64,000 nucleotides of DNA. Origin: Candidatus Kapaibacterium sp. Lineage in GTDB: Bacteria; Bacteroidota; Ignavibacteria; Kapaibacteriales; UBA2268. Positions 9,691 to 18,315 of the stretch are shown one piece after another; positions within the stretch are counted from its first letter, which is position 1; each line of letters starts with the position of its first letter. Location of the stretch: NCBI GenBank assembly GCA_963664875.1, contig OY761611.1:288001-352000 (forward strand). Reading direction: 5' to 3'. The position numbers were made by a program, and so were the translations under genes. A model generated the notes under the pieces. That model did no database searches. It was not told where the DNA came from and saw only the letters and a program-made list of their open reading frames with translations.

Positions 9691-11394
9691 ATGAAGCTGA
9701 GCAAATACTTTATCCCTACTTTGAAAGAAGTTACTGCCGAAGTACAGATGCCATCACATAAACTGATGGTAAGATCAGGTATGGTTCGCCAACTTGCAGC
9801 CGGAGTTTTCTCATGGTTGCCTGTGGGACACATTGTACTCAAAAAAGTTATGAATATACTAAGAGAAGAAATAGACAAAATTGGTGGTCAGGAATTTCTT
9901 TTACCTGCTCTGAATCCTATTGACATCTGGGAAGAAACTAATAGAGTGGAAGCGATGGGTGATGTCATGTTTCATATCAAAAACCGAGATGGTCTAATTT
10001 TAGCACCTACTCACGAAGAAGTAATTACATATCATGCGAGACAACACGTCAAATCATACCGTGATATGCCTATGGTTTGGTATCAGATACAGACAAAGTT
10101 TAGAAATGAACCGAGACCAAAATCAGGGGTACTGAGAGGAAGGCAATTTATAATGAAAGATGCTTATTCTCTAGATTCAACTTGGGAAGGTTTAGACATC
10201 AGTTACCAAAATCATTATGAAGCATACTCCAATATTTTCAACAGATGCGGAATAAAGTTCTTTGTCGTTGGTGCATCAAGCGGAGCTATGGGCGGTAAAC
10301 AGTCACAAGAATTTATGGTAGAATCAGAGGCAGGCGAAGATTTATGCGTTATTTCTGATTCAGGTTATGCTGCTAATATTGAGGTTGCGACCTCAAATAT
10401 CGCTCCTGTAGGAAGAATAGATAATAATCCGGAAATCGAAATATTTGCAACTCCAAATGCTAAATCTATTGATGATTTGGTAGAACAGTTTGCAATCCCT
10501 GAAGAAAGATGTGCAAAATCAGTAGTATATATGGTTGAAGATAAGCCTGTGATTATACTTATGAGAGGCAATGATGAGTTGAATGAAAACAAACTTGAAT
10601 CTGTTTTGGGTACAAATGTTTTCAGAGCTGCTACATCTGATGAGTTAATTAGATTTACCGGTGCTGATGGCGGATCTATCGGACCTGTAAATCTTAAAAC
10701 TAAAGTTAGAGTCATTGCTGACAATTTACTAAAAGATGCAAACGGCATGGTATCCGGTGCAAATCAAGATGGATTCCATTATAAAAATATTGACTTAGCA
10801 AGAGATACTCAGATTAGTGAATTTTATGATTTGAGAACAGTAAAAGAAGGCGAACCAAACCCAATAGACGGCACTCCGGTTAGGATTGTAAAAGCTATTG
10901 AGTTAGGTCATATTTTCAAACTTGGTACACGTTATTCAGATGCAATGGGAGCAACATTCCTTGATGCCGATGGTAAAGAAAACCCTATCATAATGGGTAG
11001 CTACGGTATTGGTGTTGAACGTGTAATTGCTTGTTTTATAGAACAAAACTATGATGATTATGGAATAAAATGGAATAAAGAACTTACTCCGTTTCATGCA
11101 CACATAGTTGGCTTAAATACTAAAAAAGCTGAAGATGTAAGAGAAGTTTGCGATAAGTTCTATTCTGATTTAAAAGCTGCAGGTCTTGACGCTCTATACG
11201 ATGATAGAGATGATAGTGTCGGCGTGAAATTTAACGATGCAGATTTGCTTGGTGTACCTGTGCAAATAGTAGTTGGTAGTAAAAATCTTGCAAACGGACA
11301 AGTTGAATTAAAATATAGATTATCAGGTGAAAAACAGCTGGTAAAAATTAAAGATGTAATCACAATCGTAAAAGATTATTATACAACTATTTAG
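9691..11394 (+). CDS. proS: Proline--tRNA ligase (bacterial type with INS editing domain)
   Basis: PTLKE, SHKLM, LAPTHEE, FRNEPRP, MKDAYS, GSIGP, IELGHIFKLG, MGSYGIGVER. Start moved from 9679 to MKLSKYF at 9691, the typical N-terminus. Confidence 0.97.
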   Translation: MKLSKYFIPTLKEVTAEVQMPSHKLMVRSGMVRQLAAGVFSWLPVGHIVLKKVMNILREEIDKIGGQEFLLPALNPIDIWEETNRVEAMGDVMFHIKNRDGLILAPTHEEVITYHARQHVKSYRDMPMVWYQIQTKFRNEPRPKSGVLRGRQFIMKDAYSLDSTWEGLDISYQNHYEAYSNIFNRCGIKFFVVGASSGAMGGKQSQEFMVESEAGEDLCVISDSGYAANIEVATSNIAPVGRIDNNPEIEIFATPNAKSIDDLVEQFAIPEERCAKSVVYMVEDKPVIILMRGNDELNENKLESVLGTNVFRAATSDELIRFTGADGGSIGPVNLKTKVRVIADNLLKDANGMVSGANQDGFHYKNIDLARDTQISEFYDLRTVKEGEPNPIDGTPVRIVKAIELGHIFKLGTRYSDAMGATFLDADGKENPIIMGSYGIGVERVIACFIEQNYDDYGIKWNKELTPFHAHIVGLNTKKAEDVREVCDKFYSDLKAAGLDALYDDRDDSVGVKFNDADLLGVPVQIVVGSKNLANGQVELKYRLSGEKQLVKIKDVITIVKDYYTTI

Positions 11395-11432
11395 TAGTGA
11401 TTTGTAATCTGTATTTCAAAAGTGTTTTTAAA

Positions 11433-11472
11433 TAACAGGTTGTCTTTTCGATAGGCAGCCTGTTAGTTTGTA
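11433..11472 (+). terminator. Intrinsic terminator-like hairpin after proS
   Basis: 13-bp stem TAACAGGTTGTCT / AGGCAGCCTGTTA (two G-U pairs), 7-nt loop, followed by GTTTGTAT. Confidence 0.65.
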
Positions 11473-11495
11473 TAATAATTCAAATAGGAGCAGCA

Positions 11496-12314
11496 ATGGC
11501 AGATATTGCGGATCTGCACATGCATACTATATATTCTGATGGGAAGCACACTCCCGAAGAATTGTTGCATTTGATAAAGCAAGCAGGCATTAAGGCGTTT
11601 TCCATCACTGATCATGATACAGTCGATGGTATTAGGCCTATGTTAGATATATTAGATGATTCTATAGATTTTATTCCGGGAATTGAAATTAGCTGTCATT
11701 ACAACAAAAGAGAAATTCATTTGCTTGGCTATGGGATAAATATTAATAGTGATTATCTTTTACAACATCTTGATGATTTTAAAAAATCAAGGGAAGATAG
11801 AGCAAAAAAAATCCTTACCAAACTTCAGAACTTAGATGTAGATTTAGAATTGGAGCAAATCCAGGAAAGGACGCCAAACAATACTATTGCAAGACCACAT
11901 ATTGCAGCTGAGCTCGTTACGCAAGGCTATGCTAATGATTTGAAAGATGCTTTTTCAAGATATCTTTATGACAACGGTCCTGCTTACGAAGCAAAGGTAG
12001 AGTTCCCAATCGAAGCAGCTATAAAACTTGTAAAAAAATCAGGTGGTATTTCTGTTATCGCCCATCCGGGAAGAATGGTTACAGAGCAGGATGTTCGGGA
12101 TTTCTTCAAATTAGGAATGGATGGCATAGAGGTTCTGCATCCTAATCACTCTCTGTTTATGCAAAAAAAATATCACAACTTAGCTAAAATGTATAATGCA
12201 GTAGAAACTGGTGGCTCTGATTTTCATGGGCTCAAAGATTACGAACTAAGCAATCTTGGTAAATTTGGAATTCCTATTGCTGTTTTCAATAAAATCAGAA
12301 ACAGCATAAAATAA
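11496..12314 (+). CDS. PHP-domain metallophosphoesterase (YciV/TrpH-like)
   Basis: DLHMHTIYSDG, ITDHDT, GIEIS, IHLLGY, RPHIA, AHP, GGSDFHG; AGGAG 5 nt before ATG. Confidence 0.92.
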   Translation: MADIADLHMHTIYSDGKHTPEELLHLIKQAGIKAFSITDHDTVDGIRPMLDILDDSIDFIPGIEISCHYNKREIHLLGYGININSDYLLQHLDDFKKSREDRAKKILTKLQNLDVDLELEQIQERTPNNTIARPHIAAELVTQGYANDLKDAFSRYLYDNGPAYEAKVEFPIEAAIKLVKKSGGISVIAHPGRMVTEQDVRDFFKLGMDGIEVLHPNHSLFMQKKYHNLAKMYNAVETGGSDFHGLKDYELSNLGKFGIPIAVFNKIRNSIK

Positions 12315-12383
12315 TAACTTTTACGTGTCATAGTTATTTATTATCTTCCATACAGCATAAAGAAAAAACAAAACACCTCTATC

Positions 12384-14012
12384 ATGAAGAAGAAATACTA
12401 TCTTATATCGATATTAGTATTTGCATTATCGTTGTGCATATACGATACAGATTCGACCCCTGTAGATTCTGCAAAAGTTTACAGAGAAACGTTTGTAGCT
12501 GGGTTTACCAAAAATGATTCAATTAATGCAATTGATTCTTTTGTCAGAGAAGTCAAGCGAACACTAAATAGTAGCAAGTATGTTAGCTCGGCAGAAAAGA
12601 GTATTGTTATATATTCTTTAGACCGTGACACAGTTGTTTTCCAGGACAACATGACTAAAGTACTGACTCCGGCATCAACAACCAAACTGATGACCACCTT
12701 TTGTGCTATGTCCTATTTTGGACCACATTTTGGTATTACAACTACAGTTTATACTAATGGGAAGATAGATAAAACCGGTGTGCTCCATGGCGACATAATA
12801 ATGGTTGGCAGGGGAGATGCTATACTTTCTGTAAATGATATAGATGTATTAGTACAAGGATTGCTTGATTTGGGGATTGATTCGATTACAGGTAAGTTCC
12901 TGTATGATGATTCCTTTTTCGACTCCAAGCGTATCAGGAAAGAATATTCTGGAGACGCAGATCATGTAGTCAAACTTGCCCCACTATCTGCACTTGGAAT
13001 AGAAAGGAACACTGCGACATTATTGATTTCCTCGGGTTCATACAATAATTCAAGATTGAACGTGCAGCTTATTCCTAACTCGGAAGCATTTTTATTGAAT
13101 GTAACCGGCAAAACTCGTGGAGGTTCAAAATCGAAAGCATATTACGAGTCTGAATCAAACGATACATTTGAAAAAATGTATAATATAGATTATCTCGGAG
13201 ATGCCCCACCTGCTCCTGCAAGAGTTAGAAGTACAGTTAAAATCAGTACGAGCTACAATTCAACAGAACACAAGCAAGTTTTTAGCGTCGGAGGCTATCT
13301 AAATGCAAAAAGGCGTACATCTTATGCCTATCACATGAACGAGCCTGCTGCTGCTACTATTGGTACTCTCATGCAAAGATTAAGGACTCAAGGGGTTGGT
13401 TGTGGGCATGATATTGATACTATCAATATCAGACATTCCAAAGATACATTAACGATACTTTCCGAATTTTCAAGAAGCCTATCTGAATACTCTGCTGCAA
13501 TCAATAAAGATTCTGATAACTTTCTTGCCGAAAATTTATTTAAACTTACAGGTGCTTTGTACGGGAATTATAAAAATAATGCTGCAGGTGCAAGATCTGT
13601 AAGAGATTCGGTTATTAAGCAAAAGAAAATATTTTCGAAAGGAATATCTATCAATGATGGTTCCGGTTTGAGCAGAAATAACCTGCTTTCTGCAAAGTCA
13701 CTTTTAGACATTCTTATAGCAGCAAATAAATCGAATATGCGTGTCGAGTTTGATTCCACTTTGTCGATTGCAGGAGTGGATGGTACACTAAAGAGAAGGA
13801 TGAAAAATACTGCTGCAGAAGCAAATTTGATTGCAAAAACAGGTACTCTGAGAAACGCAAGTGCCCTTGCCGGTTATTGCACAACACTCGATGGAGAACG
13901 ACTTGCATTCGCATTTATATTTAATGGCAATGATGTGCATTCCTATAAAGAAACAGAAGACAAATTAGGCGCTTTAATGTCTCAATTTTTCTATTTCCAT
14001 AAAGAAAACTAA
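12384..14012 (+). CDS. dacB: D-Ala-D-Ala carboxypeptidase/endopeptidase (PBP4, peptidase S13)
   Basis: Signal peptide; SxxK (PASTTK), SxN (SDN), DGSGLSR, GVDGTL, KTG(TL). Confidence 0.93.
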   Translation: MKKKYYLISILVFALSLCIYDTDSTPVDSAKVYRETFVAGFTKNDSINAIDSFVREVKRTLNSSKYVSSAEKSIVIYSLDRDTVVFQDNMTKVLTPASTTKLMTTFCAMSYFGPHFGITTTVYTNGKIDKTGVLHGDIIMVGRGDAILSVNDIDVLVQGLLDLGIDSITGKFLYDDSFFDSKRIRKEYSGDADHVVKLAPLSALGIERNTATLLISSGSYNNSRLNVQLIPNSEAFLLNVTGKTRGGSKSKAYYESESNDTFEKMYNIDYLGDAPPAPARVRSTVKISTSYNSTEHKQVFSVGGYLNAKRRTSYAYHMNEPAAATIGTLMQRLRTQGVGCGHDIDTINIRHSKDTLTILSEFSRSLSEYSAAINKDSDNFLAENLFKLTGALYGNYKNNAAGARSVRDSVIKQKKIFSKGISINDGSGLSRNNLLSAKSLLDILIAANKSNMRVEFDSTLSIAGVDGTLKRRMKNTAAEANLIAKTGTLRNASALAGYCTTLDGERLAFAFIFNGNDVHSYKETEDKLGALMSQFFYFHKEN

Positions 14013-14830
14013 TGAGTAGATTCAAAAAATATTTGACATATATACTACTTTCCATATTAGCATTAGGAATGGTATTCCCTATGCTATGGATGTTAATACT
14101 ATCACTCAAGTCAAGCCCGTCTTCGTTTTCAAATATTTGGGCTACTGTAAGTTCTGATTATACTTTCAAAAATTATACAGATGCGTTTGCCTCAGATAAT
14201 TTTGGTTTGTATTTTTTAAATTCTTTATTTGTATCGACGGTAGTCAGCTTTGGTAATGTACTTTTCTGCTTCTTGACTGCTTATGCGATAGTTAGAAAAG
14301 AATTTTTAGGCAAGAAAATATTGTGGCTTACGATACTTGGTGTGCTGATAATACCTCCTCATGTCGTGATGATACCGCTTTATCGTTTGATGGTAGAGTT
14401 ACAGTGGATAAACACATATTATGCTCTGATTATTCCATGGCTAATAACTCCTATGGGAATATTTCTTGTAAAACAGTATTTGCAAAGTTTGCCGGTAGAT
14501 TTAGAAAACGCTGCAAGAATTGATGGAGCCGGAGAGTGGAGTATAATTTTTCAGATTGTTATGCCGCTTGCTAAGCCAATTTTGACAGTACTTCTTATTT
14601 ATATATTTTTGAGCAACTGGAATACGTTCCTTTTTCCGTTTATCTTTACCAATACAGAAGATTATAGAACATTGCCTGTTGGGCTTGCGTTTTATCTCGG
14701 AAAACAATCGATTGATTGGGGACATCTAATGGCAGGAGCTGCTATATCAGCTCTTCCAATTTTATTATTGTTTGTAGTATTCCAAAAGAAAATTATAAAT
14801 GGTCTTACTGCAGGTGCTCTCAAAGAATAA
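14012..14830 (+). CDS. Carbohydrate ABC transporter permease (MalG-like)
   Basis: Six TM segments, EAA loop LENAARIDGA, WNTFLFP, terminal GLTAGALKE. Confidence 0.92.
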   Translation: MSRFKKYLTYILLSILALGMVFPMLWMLILSLKSSPSSFSNIWATVSSDYTFKNYTDAFASDNFGLYFLNSLFVSTVVSFGNVLFCFLTAYAIVRKEFLGKKILWLTILGVLIIPPHVVMIPLYRLMVELQWINTYYALIIPWLITPMGIFLVKQYLQSLPVDLENAARIDGAGEWSIIFQIVMPLAKPILTVLLIYIFLSNWNTFLFPFIFTNTEDYRTLPVGLAFYLGKQSIDWGHLMAGAAISALPILLLFVVFQKKIINGLTAGALKE

Positions 14831-14889
14831 AATCAAATAATTTTAGTCTTTAGTAGTATATTTAATTTTAGCACAATAATATTGAATAT

Positions 14890-15846
14890 ATGGAAAACAA
14901 GAAAATTAAAGTTCTGCTTGTAGATGATCAGGCAATAGTATTAGACTTTCTAAAAAAAGGTTTGGCTCAGGATAATGGGATAGAAGTCATTGACACTGCT
15001 AATGATGGTTACATGGCACTTAATTCTATTCAAAGAAATAAACCTGATGTGATAATACTTGACATGGAAATGCCAAGAATGAATGGTATTCAGTTCTTAC
15101 ATAATCTGATGCCTGTCAATCCAATTCCAACCATAGTGCTATCAGCTCTTACTGAAAAGAATTCAAAGCTAACCGTCGAAGCCTTCGAAGCCGGAGCTAT
15201 TGATTTTGTATTGAAACCTACGGGAGGTGCAAAAGAGCTTACGCGCCTTTTTTCTCAACTTAGGGCAAAAATTCGTATAGCTATTACTAAAGATGTGCAG
15301 AAATTCAAAAAATCTTCTAACTATACGCTTCCCGGCAATGCTATAGACAGGACTACAAAGACTAATCAAATAATCCTTGGTATGGGTGCTTACGAAGTCA
15401 TCAATGAAAAAGAGAATCTATTGAAAATATTTGCTTTAGGTTCATGCATAGGTCTTGCGATGTTTTGTCCGTCAAAGGGCGTCATAGGCATGGCACATAT
15501 TGTTTTACCATCTTCCAAAACAGATTTGGACAAATCAATAGACAAACCCGGGTATTTTGCAGATACTGCAATAAAGGCTATGTTAGATGATTTTGCAAAG
15601 TTAGGTTGCACTTCTAATATGATTTACGCCAAAATTGCCGGAGGTGCAAAAACAAAAGTAGAGCTTGGAGATAGATTTAGCATCGGTCAAAAAAATGCAG
15701 TTGCTGTTAAAGCAGGATTGATTAAATACGGTGTTAAGCTATTAGGCGAAGACGTAGGAGGCAACATCTCCAGGACTGTTTTTTTCAAAATTGGTGATAA
15801 AAAGCTTACTGCTCATCATCCTGAAAAGGGACAATGGGAAGTTTAA
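14890..15846 (+). CDS. CheB-type receiver domain fused to CheD-like glutamine deamidase
   Basis: aa 1-130: KVLLVDD, LDMEMPRMNG, PIPTIVLSALT, AFEAGAIDFVLKP. aa ~160-318: LGSC, GMAHIVLP, KIAGGA, IGQKN, EDVGG-SRTV. Confidence 0.9.
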   Translation: MENKKIKVLLVDDQAIVLDFLKKGLAQDNGIEVIDTANDGYMALNSIQRNKPDVIILDMEMPRMNGIQFLHNLMPVNPIPTIVLSALTEKNSKLTVEAFEAGAIDFVLKPTGGAKELTRLFSQLRAKIRIAITKDVQKFKKSSNYTLPGNAIDRTTKTNQIILGMGAYEVINEKENLLKIFALGSCIGLAMFCPSKGVIGMAHIVLPSSKTDLDKSIDKPGYFADTAIKAMLDDFAKLGCTSNMIYAKIAGGAKTKVELGDRFSIGQKNAVAVKAGLIKYGVKLLGEDVGGNISRTVFFKIGDKKLTAHHPEKGQWEV

Positions 15847-15863
15847 AATAAAGGATATTGAAA

Positions 15864-16205
15864 ATGGATTACGATGAAATCAAATTATTAGCTAAATTGC
15901 TTGCGAAAGAACTTGAAGAATCAAAATCTGCAGATTTAGCTCCAAAATGGGAAGGAGCAACGATAGAGTTTATTCCTAGCGATTCTGATCTGGCTAAACA
16001 TAGCATTGAAATTGATAAACTCATGCATAAAATTGTTATGGTTAGAGATAATCTCAGAGTATTAGAGCAACAAATAAACTCCAACGATAATTTGTCAGAA
16101 GGTGAAAAAATCAAGTTCCAAAACTATATTACTAAATGTTACGGCTCACTAACTTCATTCAACTTTATGTTCAAAAAGGATGATGACAAATTTTCGTCTA
16201 AATAA
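15864..16205 (+). CDS. Conserved hypothetical protein
   Basis: KWEGA, HKIVMVRDNLRVLEQQIN and YITKCYGSLTSFN resemble an uncharacterised family I recall from Bacteroidota (unverified). ATG at 15864 follows AAGGA; TTG at 15858 is the alternative start. Confidence 0.75.
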   Translation: MDYDEIKLLAKLLAKELEESKSADLAPKWEGATIEFIPSDSDLAKHSIEIDKLMHKIVMVRDNLRVLEQQINSNDNLSEGEKIKFQNYITKCYGSLTSFNFMFKKDDDKFSSK

Positions 16206-17202
16206 TTTATTCATAAGTGTATTATTTTTGCTATTGATTTCTTGTGTGTCTGACAAGTCAGGCGATAATCAGGTGCCGATATGGTCTGATGTTATGAAGT
16301 ATGCCGGAAACAAAAGCCTAACTATTGCTATCGATAGTAGTGTTATTGAATATTCCAACAATTTTACTAACTCTATCAAGAATTATTTTGCAGATAAGTA
16401 TAATATCAAAATTGATATAAAGTATATTAGTCCTGCAAAACTGCTTTCAGTAAATTCTGATTTGGTATATACTCAAAGAAACAAACTAAATAAAATGTAT
16501 CAAAATGGTCTTTTATTTGGACCTTTTAAAGATATTTTACCTCATTTCCAACATCTATATTGGGATACATATTATAACCTGCGAACCAATGACATATTAG
16601 ATGAATATATGTGCAGTTGGGGAAATATAGACGTTTCCTTTTATAGAGATTTTGACGGTAAGGTAAAATTACCTTCTAATCTTGCTGAAATCGAACAAGT
16701 TGTCAATGCAAATCCATATCGATATACACTTGGTAGAGGCAGGCAAACATTTAAAATATTATCGAATATAATAGAAGAATGCATCGGCAATAATAAAAAC
16801 AAATATCGTAAGTACGATGTAAATACATACGATAGCTTAAAAACTGAAATAGATAAGAAACTACTGCCTATAGAACAAAAATTTTGGCAAAAGGGAGAAA
16901 TTAGTTTCTCGTATGTTTCATTAGTTGAGGATTTCAATTCACTCGAACAAAGATTTGTTTCAAACTTGGATTCACTTCCTTATGACTACAGAAATATGCT
17001 TTGTCTTGCGATACCAAAATCTGCAAAAAATTTACATACAGCTCTTTTTGTAATAGATCAGCTAATTTCACCACAACTTAGGATGGAACGTGTAAATTCC
17101 ATCCTAAATGAGCAAATAACTGAAGATTTGTCTTTGCCTTCCGCAATCGATTCAAACTATGTCATACGTTATTACGATGACTTCAAATATTGTCGTGATT
17201 AG
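16180..17202 (+). CDS. Lipoprotein, divergent solute-binding protein (YnjB/PotD-like)
   Basis: Lipobox LLISC; WSDV near the N-terminus, ANPYRYT, and LAIPKSAKN..AL.VIDQLISP resembling the C-terminal signature of type II solute-binding proteins. Confidence 0.5.
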   Translation: MMTNFRLNNLFISVLFLLLISCVSDKSGDNQVPIWSDVMKYAGNKSLTIAIDSSVIEYSNNFTNSIKNYFADKYNIKIDIKYISPAKLLSVNSDLVYTQRNKLNKMYQNGLLFGPFKDILPHFQHLYWDTYYNLRTNDILDEYMCSWGNIDVSFYRDFDGKVKLPSNLAEIEQVVNANPYRYTLGRGRQTFKILSNIIEECIGNNKNKYRKYDVNTYDSLKTEIDKKLLPIEQKFWQKGEISFSYVSLVEDFNSLEQRFVSNLDSLPYDYRNMLCLAIPKSAKNLHTALFVIDQLISPQLRMERVNSILNEQITEDLSLPSAIDSNYVIRYYDDFKYCRD

Positions 17203-17211
17203 TATCATTTT

Positions 17212-18306
17212 TTATTGCTGAAAAGGCTTTCCTTTTACTTTTATTATTGTATAGTTATCGTCATTATCGTCGTAGTCTGAGATTTCAGCTAAAGAGTGGA
17301 TAATTTCAACTGAATGGTCAAAAGTTTTGCTTGGGCCGGAAATTTCCACTTTGTTTGGGAATGCAATTTTCTTTTTATTTAGATTAGATTTAATAAGCCC
17401 CGGATCTTTTATAATATATTCAGGTAAATAGTGTGCAACTTCCGATGCATACTGCTCACTCAAATCTTCATCGTTAAAATATGACTGTGCAAAATCCATT
17501 GGATTAAGTTCGGCAACGTCATTATTCATAAATTCGTATTTTAAAGCGGAAATCATATCATCTTTTTGATTGTAGCTCATCACATTATTCTTGATAAAGT
17601 TTTCTGTAGAATCAAAGAACCTTTTTGATTGAATTTTAGGATTTTTATCTGCAGAAAATCCCAAAAAATCTTTGTAAAAATATTCCGCAGGCTTAGAGTC
17701 AACTGAAAACTGGTTATCGAATAAGATACAACCAAATTTGTTATTAGGCCATAATTCGCTATCTTCTGTAGTTTGTTCGTCTGTGTCGCTTCTTTCGTGA
17801 ATCATACCAAACTTAAATAGCCTTTGCTGCGGTGTTAAAAATACATCATCCAATAAGTCCAGGCGTGGTTTATCATCAACTTTTTCGAATCTTAAAGCCT
17901 CATTAACTTCAGCTTTGATAGCAATATATGCAGCATTGCCCATCGCAGTGAGAGCTTCTATAAACAATAAGTATCCACCCGGGATTGTGTTTTTCGTTTG
18001 CGCTTTAGCCAATAGCCATGCAATCTCAGACGTAGTGCGAAGAAACTGCTCGTCATCCATTGCCTGCATCTTTTGTATATGACTAAAATAGCCACCACCG
18101 TCTTTATTTTCTATAAACATTTCAAACGTTTTTGAACCATTTGTAGAAGCTTTTGCAAGCCTGTCTTTTATAATTCTGACTACATCGGGATTTATTGCAA
18201 GTAGCTTGTTATCTGGTATGGCTGTTGCATGGTTATCATCTTCCGTTTTAGCAAGTATTTTATGAATCACCATTCTTCGCACATCTAAATCATTGAAATT
18301 TATCAT
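17212..18306 (-). CDS. Nucleoid-associated protein-like (NdpA/YejK, NA37 family), divergent
   Basis: 364 aa, acidic; N-terminal RRMVIHKI, GGYLLF, IAIKAE, FKFGMI, AEYFYKDFLG (the YF..FLG pattern of the family); own AGGAG. Confidence 0.65.
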   Translation of the reverse strand: MINFNDLDVRRMVIHKILAKTEDDNHATAIPDNKLLAINPDVVRIIKDRLAKASTNGSKTFEMFIENKDGGGYFSHIQKMQAMDDEQFLRTTSEIAWLLAKAQTKNTIPGGYLLFIEALTAMGNAAYIAIKAEVNEALRFEKVDDKPRLDLLDDVFLTPQQRLFKFGMIHERSDTDEQTTEDSELWPNNKFGCILFDNQFSVDSKPAEYFYKDFLGFSADKNPKIQSKRFFDSTENFIKNNVMSYNQKDDMISALKYEFMNNDVAELNPMDFAQSYFNDEDLSEQYASEVAHYLPEYIIKDPGLIKSNLNKKKIAFPNKVEISGPSKTFDHSVEIIHSLAEISDYDDNDDNYTIIKVKGKPFQQ

Positions 18307-18315
18307 AATTATCTC

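Noticed and set aside
17203-18315. Mobile element boundaries around the NdpA-like gene
   Set aside because: No terminal inverted repeats, target-site duplication or recombinase gene visible.
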